A DNA stretch of 64,000 nucleotides, taken from Eledone cirrhosa (Eukaryota). Within the stretch, counting starts at the first letter, position 1, and each line of letters opens with the position of its first letter. A program made the position numbers and the translations under genes. The stretch is taken from the NCBI GenBank assembly GCA_964016885.1, contig OZ024741.1, forward strand, positions 200,632,001 through 200,696,000. The letters are read 5' to 3'. This document shows positions 46,783 to 61,113 of this stretch, piece by piece. Under the pieces are notes generated by a model, which was given only the letters and a program-made list of their open reading frames with translations, did not search any database and had not been told where the DNA came from.

Positions 46783-48204
46783 TACAATGTAATACGATAT
46801 ATAAAATAACGATACATCATATATCACCCCAATTGTAGGAATACATTAATATAGAATCGAACGAAGTTTCACATTAACAATATATCAATCACGTCTTGTA
46901 AGGCATTTTGATATGATAGTACTATAAGCAGCTATTCAAATCTCGTTTATACCATCTCGCTGATGTAAAACACTAAAGTAAATACCCCTTTCCATATTTT
47001 GAATACGCTGTTATATGTATTTTTATCTAATTTACTTGAGGGAAAGGGAAACAAGGCATAGTAAATTCTTGGACTAGGAAACAATTCTAGATTGGATATC
47101 GAAACTTTTCATGAGAAAAGTTTACTGAAAGAGGGATCAGACAAATATTTAACTTCTGAAATCCTATCTTGACTGATGATCTGTATAATTTGACAATAGA
47201 GAAGAAAACATCCTTTGAAATTTTGAAACATTCATATCAAAATATACTACACTTCTTACATAGTTATTTGTACAAAGTATCTTTATGTAAGAAAAGAAAA
47301 TATGAATAAACCTTTCAGCTTAATAAAAGTCAAAATTTCATTATAATGCAAAAACCTTTCTTTCAACAAGAACCCAATTAAAATGTACTCTGAGGGAGTC
47401 TATACTGAATGTTATCTGAAATAGTTACCAAAAGTATATTCAGGGTGCTAAAATTGGTACATTTTTAGAAGTGTCTAGCACTCGTTCTCCATACAGATAA
47501 AATGAAGTCTAAGAAAATATATCGCCATTCGTGCATATGAGCTCATAACGTTTGAGCTATGTTATACAGTTGGCTAAGTATTTTTATTTATTTATTTGGC
47601 TATTCCATCTTTCCACGATGTAGGGTAAAGAGTATTGATGGGATAGGACATGCTTGAAATACTGTCGACGAAGAGCGAGATATACACCGAAAAAATATAT
47701 CAGTGAGGTACTACCAAATGAAACAGTCTCAGAAATTTGTATAGCAGGGAAATACATACATATAGAAACTTTTATGTGCCTAAACCGGAACGATCTCTGA
47801 AAAAAAAAAATAACGAAAAACAATTAATAGTCAAAACATGACTCAGGAGAAAATTGTGAAAATGATTTGGTTTTAGGAAATATTGGATTTGATTCACTGG
47901 TGAAAATACCTCGAATACTAAAGCCGTGTAGAATTCCATCTCTAAATGTTGATGTCAATGGAATAATAGTGACGGACTCTAAAGCAGGAAAGCGATCCGA
48001 TTATGTTGAAATTGAATAGTTTACATGTCAATTTTATGATCAGTTTCGGATCTCAAGTAACATATCAAGTATATTTCTGGATAGTTTTTCACAATGACAA
48101 GTTATATTCCGGCATTTAGTTCATTTTTCATACATATGTATTTACACGCACACGCACACGCACACACATTCTCACACACACGCTCACACACATACACACA
48201 CATA

Positions 48205-48258
<54 letters not shown>

Positions 48259-48699
48259 GTATATATATAGTGCATATATAAATACACGTACAACCCTGTG
48301 TGGTTGGCGTAAGATTCTATTACCTAACTCCTAATATTTTTCTACATTTATGATAAGTCTTCCATTCGGTTTCGATTACGACTGAATGCACTTTGCATTC
48401 GCCACATTCGGAAAAGTAATAAATAGTACAATATGTTATTTATTGCTGCTATAATTATGAAAATGAATGTGCAGAGACCAGCTTTGGAGGTTTGTGGTTC
48501 GTATTCTATCATCGTCGCTGTGTTAATGTCTGTAAGTAAGACACTTACATCTGGACGGCCCAGTTCATCTACCTCCAAAACTTATAGATACCAATACCCC
48601 CCCCCCCCCCGCTGGTGACATGGAACAATCCATTTTAGAATGCTTACATTTAAATTAAAACAGTCCAACATAAATTCTATCTCAGAATGTCTTCACCTA

Positions 48700-50770
48700 A
48701 AACATCTGGACCCCCCAACTGACACCACGGACGTTCGAGCCCCGGCCAGTGGTCTTTCCTCGGAAGCGTCCAGTGAGGACGTAATAGCTGCTTTGAGATC
48801 TTTCCCAGGTAGTAGAAGTGGCAGAGTAGACGGCTTGCACTTCGGTCACCTCAAGGACCTTATCTCGTCTCACTCAGAAGAAGAAGGGGCCCAATTGCTC
48901 CTGGCGTTAACAGCAACGTCTTCCGACGACTTGCAGCCAAGATAGTTAGCAAGTCAGTCAAAGACGACCTGAGTGATGTGCTAAGCCCTGTCCAGTTCGG
49001 AGTGAGAATCAAGTGCGGAGTTGAGACCGCAGCTCATGCGACAAGACATTTCCTAGAGGACGCGCCTCCTTAGTACCACCCACCCCCACTTCCTCCTGAA
49101 GTTGGACATGACACATGCCTTCAACAGAGTTAGACGGGATCACGTCCTAGAGACGTGTCTCAGACGAGCCCCCTACATTTATCCCCATCTCGTTCACCTC
49201 TCGTACGGAAGATCCTGTTCACTCATGGCCTCTGACAACAGGGTTACTTCCGCCACGGGTGTCCAGCAGAGAGACCCTCTCGACTCGATTCACTTTGCGC
49301 TGGCAATCGATAACGTTGGCAGCTCGGTCCGGTCACCCAATAACGTTTGGTACCTGGACGACGCGACCCTGGGTGGGCCGGCCGAGACGGTAGTTGCGGA
49401 CATTCGGCAAATCATCCCAGCTCTAAACCTCCTCGGACTTGAGATCAACCCATCAAAGTCTGAGCTGACAAACCTCAGCTACGGAGAGGCCAAATTCCAC
49501 AACGCTGTACTCATCACCCATCCAGTCCTTTCCGGGGCTCAGATAACACCCAAAGACTCCACATGCGCTCTCGGCTCTCCAATTCTCTCGAAAGTCATAA
49601 TAGAATGCCAAGCATGCAGATTTGTCCCGAATGGCAGAGAGGCTGCGTCTCAATGACGCTCAGCCACCGCTCTTCCACTTGAGGAACTGCTTCACCCTCC
49701 CATGCGTGGTGCACCATGTCACTCCACGGAGATCTACTCGGTAACTCGACGCCCCCATCCGAGGCTGTGCAGAACTCATCTGTAATGTTAGTTTCGACAA
49801 CGCCGTCTGGCAAAAAGTGAAGCTCCCAACGATGTTCGGAGGCCTCGGCCTCGGATCAGCTTCGGATCTTGCTCTACCTGCCTACCTTTTCACAATCTTC
49901 CCCCAGTCGCCTTCTCGTCAACGAAGTTCTAAGCCAGACGGCCGAACCTGATGTAGCTCCAGAGTTTGAATAGGCTCTAGCCGACTGGACAGGCAAAGGC
50001 CTCCCTGTCCCCCAGTATACAAATATCCAACGTAACTAAGAGGACATCAAATACAGGTCTTCTTTCAGGAGGATCGAGTCTGGCTTGCACCACCACCTCG
50101 CCTGCCCCCTCTCCACTTCACAGCCAAACAGCGGCGCGTGGCTCAATTCGGTGCTCTTCTCGTCAACCGGTACCCTTCTTGAAAACGAGTGCGCTCGCAC
50201 TGGAGTGGCCCAACACCTCATAAATGCCGTTGGGGGGCGGTCATTGACAAATTCCCTCATCTGGTACGCCACATGTTATGACACGTTCTCCGTCTCCAGC
50301 TTAGTCGTTTCAGTCACAAACCCCGGTATGTGGCCTTCGATGGTGAAGAAAGGAAGACCAACAGCTACCGGTTATTGTCCGGCCGCTTCCTCTTCGCACC
50401 GGTCACCGTCGAGACCTTAGGCGTACTTGGACCCCTTACTGGAGAGCTTCTCCGCAAGATCGGAACATCTGTGGCCCGTCTGAGGAAGGAGCCCCACGAG
50501 GTGGAGTGGTTTTTGTAGCGGGTGTCGCTGGCCATCGTCCACGGGAATGCTATTGCGGTCTTGTCCGCGGAGCGCAATCTCATTAACGCCGCACTCTAGG
50601 CCCAGAGCCCAATCACTCTCACCCTCACACACTCCATTCTTCTGTGACACTAGAGCCCTTGCCTTTCCCTTCCTTTCCTGTTTTTTAAAAATGTTTTCTT
50701 ATTTTACATTCCATTCTTTCTTCTCAATGTAAATTTTTTTCTTTGTCTATTAAACTGTATTTACATGATA
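48700..50770 (+). mobile_element. Degenerate CRE-like non-LTR retrotransposon (RT plus RLE)
   Basis: LKLDMTHAFNRVRRD, GVQQRDPL, WYLDD, FGGLG, SLIWYATCYDT, FAPVTVETLG..RVSLAIVHGNA; stops and frameshifts. Confidence 0.8.
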
Positions 50771-51111
50771 TATTTTTACATAGAATAAAGTGAACTATTT
50801 ACTTTTTGTTAAAGTGTGTACGAAACACCCGCTTAGTTACATATTTTTTTTCAAGATTATCTTCAAACCATAGGTAGAATATCTCATGAAAAATATGGTA
50901 ATGAAATATTTCATCTAAACAGTAGCAGCGGTGTAAAACAAGCTACTCGTTGGGTTACAGTTTATTGCCCACGTGGAAAAATATTCTCAGAATAGATAAA
51001 CGTGCTTAAACATACATTTATATCATCTCACTTTAAACCTCAGAAACCAATTATATTGTTGATATGTATGGTTTCCCTTCTTCAGAAATTATTGGCTTAT
51101 TAGATTTAAAA

Positions 51112-51620
51112 TAATTGTTTCTACTTTTGGCACAAGGCCAGCAATTATCCCAGTGCATTACTGGTACTTTATTTTATCGAGCCCTGAAAATTAAAATAAT
51201 AGTAAAATAATATATCGAACACGCTTCTCTGAAAAATAGAATTATAATCTAAAATGTAAGTTAATGCAATAAACAGGTGGATTAGCAGTATCGGTAGAGG
51301 GTCGGGTGCCAAGCTTTGACGCATAGAGTTACGACCCTTTCCATTCTGAGTTCAAATCCCGCCGAGGTTAACTTTGCCTTTCATCCTTACGGGGTCGATA
51401 AAATAAAGTACCAGTAATGCACTGGGTAATTACTGGCCTTGTGCCAAAAAGTAGAAACAATTATTATGGAGGTAGTGAGAAAAATATTAATGATTTCTTC
51501 TTCGAGCATAAGGCTACCAAATTTGGGGTAAGGACTGGTGCTTGATTTTATCAAACCCGGAAGAATGAAAAGCAACGTTGACCTTGGTGTGAGGGATTTG
51601 AATTCGGAATCTGCAGAACT
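51112..51620. mobile_element. Cluster of three family-A-related SINEs (partial minus, full plus 51276-51466, older minus)
   Basis: Consensus matches. Confidence 0.8.
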
Positions 51621-52023
51621 GGAAAAAAAAAAATACCGCGAAACATTTGTCCGACGATCTAACGATTCTGTCCATATATTTTTCTCAAATAAAAATCGAA
51701 TATTCCCTGGAGACGGGAAATATTAGACAGCGGTGTCTGCGAGAAAACAGTGCGCTAAAGAGGTTCTGGTAAATAGAAAAATCAAATGAATATGCTCAGG
51801 ACACACAAAAACAATATGGTGTAGGACAGAACAAAGGAGGGTCACAAAATAAGAAAACAGTTACTGTGGAGGTCACAGAATGTGACGAAAGAGCTTTGAC
51901 AATATATAAACAACCATCCGGTTATCGAATCAAACAACCAACCGGAAATTTATAATAAACTAAAGTGAAAACAAAAAGGTGCGTGTGTTTTTATTGGCAG
52001 CATGGACCTCCCAAGTATAACTA

Positions 52024-52899
52024 TAGGTGGGTCAGAAAAGTTCCAGGACTGATGTAACAAAAGATTTATTTCAAACCCAAACTTCACAATAAGAGTTTTC
52101 TCCTTCAAAGTAATCCACATGGAGTCTAATGCACTTTTCCATCCTTTTCTGCCACGCTTGCATGCACTCCTGGAAGGATTCTTCCGGGATCCTCCGCAGT
52201 TCTGTCGTCACGGCCTTTTTGATGTCGTCTACGTCTTCAAAACGGGTCCCCTCCAGGTTGTACTCGAAGATCCATGACTCATCACCGGTGATGACTGTCC
52301 CTAGTTTGGTTTCAAGACGCTCGAGGATGTCCTGGCACACTTGCATGCGTCGACTCTTCTGGTCATCGTTCAGCAGTTTTGGCACCATCTTCGCGCAGAC
52401 TTTCCGCGTGTCCAAATCTTTAGTGAGAATCTTCCAGACGCTGTCCCGATTCATACCCAGCTCATTTGCCATCAGTCGAACAGTCAGCCGACGATCGCTA
52501 CGCACCATCTGCCTGACGCGCTCAAAGTTGACCTCAGTCCTGGTTGTTGAGGGCCTTCCGCTCCTGGGGTCATCTTCCACGTCCTCGCGTCCTTCTTTAA
52601 ACCTCTTGCACCACTCAAAAACACGTGAGCGTCATCTCCATACACTTGCTGCAGCAATCCCAGTGCTTCTGACGGAGTTTTCAAGTTTGTACGTTGCTCT
52701 GTGCTCATTGCTTGACGACCTGAAACAGAGGACATGTATATAAAATTATGAAGAAAAAAGTTTGATCGCTGCAGAGAGCTAAGATTATAGTTACATACTC
52801 CAGGGGGATTACTTTGAAGTAGAAAACTCTTAGTGTGAAGTTTTGGTTTGAAATAAATCTTTTGTGACATCAGTCGTGGAACGTTTCTGACACACCTCG
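52024..52899 (-). mobile_element. Internally deleted mariner element with ~65-bp TIRs
   Basis: TA-flanked TIRs; EDDPRSGRPST..KVCAKMVPKLL..VITGDESWIFEY jumps to RFEDVDDIK. Confidence 0.9.
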
Positions 52900-52900
52900 T

Positions 52901-54183
52901 ATATATATATACTACAAATGAGAGTTTATGTGTGTCTGTGTATCCCAAAACTCCGAACCGGGGCATTCTAGAGAAAAACAGTTTCCATTTTCGAAATCTG
53001 CGCCCAAGGAGAATGTTTTGAGTTATCAAAAAATGTAATTGTTACGAGATATAAATCAACTTCAAGATCGCCAATATTGAATATCTTTAGAATCCAGAAC
53101 TGTCAGAATAACTCTCTCTAAATCTCTCTCTCTGTACTTTACGATTTTTCCCTTCTGTATATATCTTTACCACACTCTCTCACTCACTTTCTTTATCTTC
53201 TATGATGGTGATGATGTAATGGTGGTAGTGGTGGTGGTATTGGTGGTGATGGAGATGGTGGTAATGGTAATGGTGGTTGTGGTTGTAGTTGTAGTAATGG
53301 TGGTAGCAGTAGTGGTAGTAGTAGTAATGGTTGTGGTAGTGATAGACTTCTGTGAATGTTTTGAAGTTCACTACACACATGAGAGCATATTTTGGTAGAG
53401 ACGAACAATCAGAGCAGATCACACAGAATCTATTAGGGACAGAAGACTTCCTGTAGATACAAAGGGAGTTATTGATATATGTCCCAATACACACGATAGT
53501 GGAATCATTATTCCATCTCATAGAAAAAGTGTTCCCTGATCTTGAATATCAGTTCGCAAATCACAAGTGGCTCATTGAAAGGGCTATATTGGCCCCGAGA
53601 TATGTGACTGTGAAATTGGTAAATCAAGAGCTGTTAAAAAGAATTTCAAAGGTTTCGAAGATCTATCGATCTGTCGACACTGGTGGAACGGTCGGAAGCT
53701 AACAATTACTTGACAGAGTTCCTCAACACTTTAGAACCACCAAGAATGTCCTTTCCCTCTCATAATGTTATTGAGGAATTTGGACGACCCAAGGCTATGC
53801 AGTGGCACTCAATTGGTTGTGAAAAATATATATGCACACGTGATTCACGGCACCATTTCAACAGGAAGTGGAGGTGGAGAGGATATGTTCCTTCCAAGAA
53901 TTCCTTTTATCTCCACTGATGTCCCATTTCAATTCAAAGAACTTCAATTTCCAGTGAGTCTTAGTTTTGCCATGACCATCAACAAATCACAATGACAAAC
54001 ATTTTTGGTTGTCGGTTTACACATTGATGAGATCTGCTTCACCCGTGGTCAGCTTTACGTTGGATGTCTTCGTCAGGGGGATTATCCTTCAGGTGAGACT
54101 GCGTCTGGCATGGAATAAAAAAAAATTGAAATAAAGGCATACTATTTTGATTATTTCCCAGGAAGGTCGGGCTACTCGGCTAG
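52901..54183 (+). mobile_element. Non-autonomous Helitron with PIF1-like helicase fragment
   Basis: ERAILAP, MLLRNLD.PRLCSGT, LPRIP, QFPVSLSFAMTINKSQ, GQLYVG; 3' hairpin then CTAG|T at 54180-54184; 5' end approximate. Confidence 0.8.
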
Positions 54184-54209
54184 TGTATATATATATATAT
54201 ATATATATA

Positions 54210-54400
54210 TTTTAATATAGATGAGATTCTACAGGACTAGAACTGTTTCATTCTTTAGAAATCATCAGGAATCTGATGATTTCTAAAGAATGAAACAGTT
54301 CTAGTCCTGTAGAATCTCATCTATATTAAAACTTTTATACTCTGCAATGTATTGAGTACCTTACTTACTGTGGTTACCTCCGATTCAACCCGGAATAACG
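54210..54400. mobile_element. Perfect 59-bp-arm fold-back HHR mini-element with tail
   Basis: Arms 54210-54268 and 54273-54331 are exact reverse complements; tail with attgagtaccttacttac; (TA)n both sides. Confidence 0.85.
54224..54274 (-). ncRNA. Type I hammerhead ribozyme
   Basis: Minus strand: agattc-CTGATGA-tttctaaagaat-GAAA-cagttctagtcctg-TA-gaatct. Confidence 0.8.
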
Positions 54401-54709
<309 letters not shown>

Positions 54710-54956
54710 ATATATATATTGTAGGCACATTATAGACAAAAAAAGGGAAACATATTTGTAAATATATATTTAGTAATAATGCATGAATGTAGAAACATGA
54801 ATATAGTACAGTACGTATGTATGTATAGATACGTACCACCTGATGAAGGCGTAGTGGCATACAGTGTTCCTTAGGCAGTTTAAACCTGGCAAAACCCATC
54901 CTTTCTCTAGGTGTGAGCATAGCCGATTTCTTCCAGAGAACAAGAGGAAGAGAGGG

Positions 54957-55043
<87 letters not shown>

Positions 55044-55859
55044 GAGAATGAGATATAGAGGAAGAATTGACTCTGTACTGGATGGTATTTTTTGTACCAT
55101 CCTCGAAAGGATATAAAGCAAAATTGATCAGAAAGTATTCTATTCGACGTTCTGACGACTCTGCCAATTTGCTGCCAAGAGAGTACATATGAGTAATGTA
55201 TATAAAATGTCCCGCAGGTCATACGCATATGTCTCTTTCAAGTTAAGTACATATCGACATACGACCGGCTGGTTGAAACGGAACCCAGTCGTAAGTCGTA
55301 CATGTATTCTAAAACCATTTCCTATCACACCCAACTTCCTCAGGCAATGTAAGAGTAGATTAATTTTCACTTTAAGTTTCAAGAAACATACATATGCACA
55401 AGCTTTTGTACGTATAAAGGATATTTTTCTTTCGAGTTTTATTAATATAGTTAGTTTCGTTCAACAATTCAGAGTTATCTTAGCATATGATTATGTTCTG
55501 GTTATATTTTGACAAGATCGCTGTGAATAAATAACAAGATACTTTTGAATGTATGTTTAATGATGGCTAAAGAAAATATGAAAGAAAATTACTGTAATTG
55601 ATTTAAATTAATGTTAAACGAAATAAGATGATGGCTAATGTACAAGCTGGGAAGGTCAAGGAAAATCGAGGGTTCAAGCATACTTAATTATTAAATTGAA
55701 TATAAATCCTGTTATTTTTTCGGGTACTTTACTAATATATATATATAATAATAATAATAATAGTAATAATAATAAATTTGAAGACTAAAATCCAAACAGG
55801 CTCGATAAGGTTAAATATATATCAGATATATAAGAACTGTAGAGCAAATATTTATAAAT

Positions 55860-56047
55860 CAGAATGGAGGCAGTCAAAACCAGTTAGACCATTACTCACC
55901 AGGTTTCGATACATGGGGTAGCAGAGTGGGTAATATGGTAATATGAAACATTCGGGATCCGACGACTGAGCTCCTGCCGTTTCAACAGATGGATCCGAAA
56001 CCCTAGCTGTTGAAACAGCCGCAGCTCAGCCGTCAGGGTCCGGAATT

Positions 56048-56055
<8 letters not shown>
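55860..56055. mobile_element. Fold-back element with HHR 3' half (family of 62141)
   Basis: IR 55941-55989/56007-56055; GAAA..gagctcag.cgtc; tail tattacccactctgctac on the minus strand matches 62333. Confidence 0.65.
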
Positions 56056-56118
<63 letters not shown>

Positions 56119-56267
56119 ATTACATAATGATGTTTCTTGCAAGAATCATCTAGTTTCTTGAAACCTTCGGCAATGAAGTAATTACATTGTGTTGTTTATT
56201 ATGCAATTTAATAGCTCTGTACAAAACAGAGAGCACTCTTTTTTCTTTACCTTTTCGACAGAAATAC

Positions 56268-56344
<77 letters not shown>

Positions 56345-56836
56345 CAGGGGCAAATGGTCTATGGATGCAACGCATGCACTGCATACCATGCCCCCCCCCC
56401 GGATAAATAATAATTTTTGTGTCATATAAAATTAATTATTGATAACGTTCACTATCCTCATTGCACTCGTGATATTCTTTTTTTTTTATATTTCTCGTTC
56501 CTTCATATCTTAGGATAATTTGTAAGCAAGCGATATTATTTGAAAAGCATTGGACTAATTGCTTCTCATATCTGCCTTTGAGCAAAGGAGTGGCATTCAA
56601 AAGCAATTTTTATCTTACTTGCCTTCCATAAGAAAAAGCAATGCTTTTAGTTTCGTAAATATATTAATCTTTTTCCTATTGAGCAGGGAGCAAGAGAGGT
56701 TGGCGAGAGATAGTAAAAAACAAAGTCAAATGAAGAATATATTTTGCATGCCTACCAGCCAAATTGAAGCAATGATGTTTTTATTGCATTTTTGGACAGA
56801 TTTAGAATAATTCCTGATTCTGATTTATTTCGTACG

Positions 56837-56895
56837 ATTAAGGTCACCAAACGTTCCGTATATAGAGTATATACGGAACGTTTGGTGACCTTAAT
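56837..56895. repeat. Perfect 28-bp-arm palindrome
   Basis: attaaggtcaccaaacgttccgtatata-gag-tatatacggaacgtttggtgaccttaat. Confidence 0.9.
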
Positions 56896-56974
56896 GTTAC
56901 ATCAAAAGTTCCCTTTTTACTGTTTTAAGGCTCGAATTCAGTTATGTGACCATTAACTTAGAATTTGGTATTAT

Positions 56975-57678
56975 CATCCCACTCGATTTCAGAGGATTTC
57001 TTTTTCTTGAGCTATCAACTAACCAAACTTCCAAGATGCTGGCAATCTACTCTTTTCCCTACGATTTTTTTTCGCATGTTATCACTGAACAGGACTTCCA
57101 AAACAATCGGAAACGACTAGATTTGTAGAAAAGATGGGGTGGGGAGAGACCAGTGGAGTTTCGCAGATCGTCACACTTCTCACGTTTGGTGGGAAATAAT
57201 TATCTGTCCTCGATTTTTTTCTGGGACCCTTAGATGCTTGCAATATACTTTTTCCCCGAATTACGGTTAGGGTTAGGTTTAGGGTTAGGGTTAGTTTTAG
57301 GGTTAGGTTTAGTTTTAGATTTAGGTTTAGGGTTAGATTTAGGTTTTTTTTCGGGAAAAAAGTTGATTGCAAGCATTGAAGAGGTCCAGAAAAAAATCAA
57401 GAAAAGATAATTATTTCCCACCAAACGCGAAAGGTGTGTAGATCTATGAAACTCCGATGGTCTTTCTCCCCATTTCACTCTACTTTTTTTTCACATCTAG
57501 TCGTTTTCGATTGGTTTGGAGGTCATATTGTTGATAACACGCGAAAAAAGAAATCGAGAGAAAACCCCCACCTTTATCCAGGAAAAAAACTTCATTTCCA
57601 GAATCTTGGAGGGTAGATTAGTTGATAGAACACAAACAACCCAAGGAAAAAATGTTCACTCTGAAATCCAGTGGAATG
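56975..57678. mobile_element. Diverged fold-back (MITE-like) element with a telomere-like TTAGGG core
   Basis: Imperfect ~300-bp arms around degenerate (TTAGGG/TTAGGT)n at 57265-57345. Confidence 0.7.
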
Positions 57679-57939
57679 TTCTATAAATTTACGAAGAATT
57701 GTCTTCCTGAACTTAGAGCGAAAAGGAGTAACCGGCAAAGTTTGTTTTTGTGATTAAAAAGGTAATGCTTTCATCCATTTATTCATTCCAATGCTTTAAA
57801 ATTTAGTTTTAAATATTTTAAATTATTGGAAACGTTCCATCTTTGGATGTCTATATAAACATATTGGATTTGGATGGATTGAAATGCGAGTTTATGCTGC
57901 AGATTTTGCAAAGCGTCAAGCATCCAGTAAGTCGCAGAC

Positions 57940-58046
57940 ATAATTGTTTCTACTTTAGGCACAAGGCCAGCAATTACCCAGTGCATTACTGGTACTTTAT
58001 TTTATCGACCCCGTAAGGATGAAAGGCAAAGTCAACCTCGGCGGGA
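57940..58046 (-). mobile_element. SINE family A (partial)
   Basis: Tail and core match the consensus. Confidence 0.8.
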
Positions 58047-58082
58047 AAACATAATACGAGAACTTCAATTAAATCAAGTTCT

Positions 58083-58345
58083 AGCAGAAGTAACATTACT
58101 ACGTTTTATTCTGACCATACCTGCCACATCTGCTTCTTGTGAAAGATCGTTTTCTTTATTAAAGCAAGTAAATAATTATATGAGGTATTCTTAAAGTGAA
58201 GATAGATTGAGCAATTTGGTCCTCATTTCCATAAATAAAGACCTTTTGAAGAAGGTGAAGGTAGAGTATGGTGCCGATACATTTTCAAGAGATCGATGAA
58301 CTTGCCAAAAAGAAGAAACGAAGAATTGAATTGATTTACGAATGA
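58083..58345 (+). mobile_element. hAT transposase C-terminal dimerisation-domain relic
   Basis: LLRFILTIPATSASCERSFSLLKQVNNYMR..EDRLSNLVLISINKDLL..IDELAKKKKRRIELI. Confidence 0.8.
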
Positions 58346-58793
58346 ATGTTAAATATTTCATTATTTGTGGGTTCTATTATTTACTCAAATTTCTCTTGTG
58401 ACCAATAAGGCCTGTCATCAGGGTGTTACTAATGGGGGGACATCAAGTCCAGTGGAGAGGAGTATCAAGCTGGAGCGTGGACAATTGGTAGAAGTTCATT
58501 AAAATTAGCTCATATCACATTCACAAATAGGGCACGGACACCACCGAATAATTTTTCAGGGAGGGTGGAATAAGGCTCCCACACCCCTACTCGCCGTCTT
58601 GGCGATTGGACTGCATGCTCTGCTTTCCAAGTAATCTAATATGCAGGAATAAAAACATTACAGAAAATACGAATTTCCCTGTAAATTGAAAAAAATAATA
58701 AACATCTTTATTCGTTGTTTGGATCTTATTGGTCCCTCATCAGAAGTCATGTACATCATCTGCTCAACCACAAGGAAACGTACTATATATATA

Positions 58794-58996
58794 GGACGAT
58801 AGAAAGTTACTGTAGCAATTTTTAATCATCCTAAATATTACGGGTTTTCTATTCATTATAAAAAAATGTCGTGGGCAGCTCCCACGACATTTCTCAGGTT
58901 TCTCTGTGACCTCCCTCCCGTACGGATTCTCCTTGATCGAAAATCCGGAAATATTTGGTATCATTATAAATTGCTAAAGTAACTTTCTATCGTCCC
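58794..58996. mobile_element. Small MITE-like inverted repeat
   Basis: ggacgatagaaagttac.. / ..gtaactttctatcgtcc arms, with an inner palindrome aaatgtcgtggg/cccacgacattt. Confidence 0.6.
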
Positions 58997-59149
58997 CACT
59001 CTTTTATTTCACTTCTCTGTGTTCTTTTTATTCTTCTACTTTCTTATTACTTTGGCATTTTTACCAAACACGCATTGTTGGACTTCTTAATAACCAAACT
59101 TATTTCTTAGTCGTATTTGTATCACATATTCCACAATACTTCAGACAAA

Positions 59150-59234
<85 letters not shown>

Positions 59235-60561
59235 GTGTGTGTATGTGTTCTTGATTTTGAAGATAGTAGGGTGAGATTTGAAAGAAATGTAGCTGCTATC
59301 TTTAGCAGGTGAGACTACCACATAGAGACTACTTTGTTGGGTCGTGCAATACGAGTGTATTCGATAGTAGTCAAATGCTGTGGATTTATTTGGAACCGTG
59401 CTTTAGGGGTTAGTATTGGTAAATGTGTGAATGTGTGAATGTGATAGTGTTGTAGGTGATAGTGGTTGACTTGTTTGTGATGAAGATGGTGGGGCTACTG
59501 ATATCATTTTCCTTTTTAAGAAAGAATGGGGTGACGGTAATAATAATATTTATGTTGTTATTATTGCTTTAGCCTCTGTTGCTATTACAAATTATGGTAA
59601 TGGCGGCGATGGTTATATGGTATTTGTGGTGTTGATGTTATTGTTATTGTTAGTAGAAATAGGCATGATGGTGGTTAGGAAAAGAAGCAAGGATGTAGCT
59701 CCTGTGTGTCTGCTTCGGACCAAAAATAAATTGTTTAGTTAGTATTTGGTAAAATGATAGGTCGAAATATGGAGCTGACCGTGTGGTCAGTGTTATCAAC
59801 AGATCAAACTGATGTGATATGTCTCAGAAAGAACGACTGGCTACAAGAGCGGACGCCCATGGTGATATCGGGAGTACACTGTGAAAGTAGAAGTAAAAGA
59901 AAAATGAAAAAAAAAAAACCCAGAGGAATACTTTTGTTGATTAAATCAACAAATTAATAGATTATAAGGGAGTGGGAGCTTAGAGATATTTAGACCAGTA
60001 CGGACAACGTGTATTGTGATGCTTGCTTTAGCGTCAGAGAAGATGATCATTTCTGAAAAGATGACAAAAAGGTAAGAAAAGCTGTAAAAAAAAAGAGGCA
60101 GGAAGAACGACTTAAAGAAGAGGAAAAAAAGGTAAAGCAGTTAACGTACGATCGTGTCTATTTGTGTGCATGTGTGTGAAAGCGAGAAGGAGAGAGGGGA
60201 ATGGAATGGGAGTAGGTTAGAAGAAAACAGTAAGATGTATAGTGGATATGGATGGGGAATAGAAGAGATAGAGGAGAAAAATAGAGATAATTTAGATAGA
60301 TAGCTAAAATAAGTGAAACAGTGAGTTACAAATCAAGGCAAAGAGTACGAATGCCAAATACTGGAGGAACAAGAGATGATTAATAGTGTAGGAGCAATTA
60401 CACTAATTTACGGGATTCTTCGAATAGTGAGGAAAATCGTTTTACAATTTTCAAAAATCTGGTTCTTCAATGAACTATATTTAAGTGTGGGTTAACTGAT
60501 GTCGCCAGCTGCATATTTACATTTTATAGTATAAATTAATTAATTTATATATATATATATA

Positions 60562-61113
60562 TATGCTTAATTAAAAGCATTTTGAAGACCGTATGCTATT
60601 GTTTTAGAGTAGTGACAAATTCACTTACTTTAATCTCAGCAAACAGGGGAGATAAGCCGACAAGGGCCTTGTTTCGCTTTTGTTGAAGCTTATCAAGGCT
60701 AACTACCCCTCCTGTCTACTGAGATTACTGATGTTATATTCTTATAGAATTCTAGTAAATAATCAGGAGCTGATTATACAGAGCGGTTGTTGGTCAGGCA
60801 GAAATTAAAAATTAGAATTGGAGCTCTGAAATAGCAATATATATATGAATGTATATATAATGTCTTTTGCAATAGACTTTATGCTTAATTAAAAGCATTT
60901 TGAAGACCGTATGCTATTGTTTTAGAGTAGTGACAAATTCACTTACTTTAATCTCAGCAATCTGTTTGCTGAGATTAAAGTAAGTGAATTTGTCACTACT
61001 CTAAAACAATAGCATACGGTCTTCAAAATGCTTTTAGTTAAGCATAAAGTGTATTGCAAAAGACATTATATATACATCCATATATATATTGCTATTTCAG
61101 AGCTCCAATTCTA

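Noticed and set aside
53180-53521. His/Tyr-rich or Pro/Leu-rich ORFs
   Set aside because: Degenerate (TGG/TAG)n trinucleotide tract within the Helitron
54840-54900. CTGATGA motifs at 54840, 29677, 42945, 47173, 3199 and TTGATGA at 26030 as hammerheads
   Set aside because: No properly placed GAAA-stem III-UH with a pairing stem I
56345-58615. One large hAT element spanning this interval
   Set aside because: Only the C-terminal domain is clear; candidate termini do not match as TIRs
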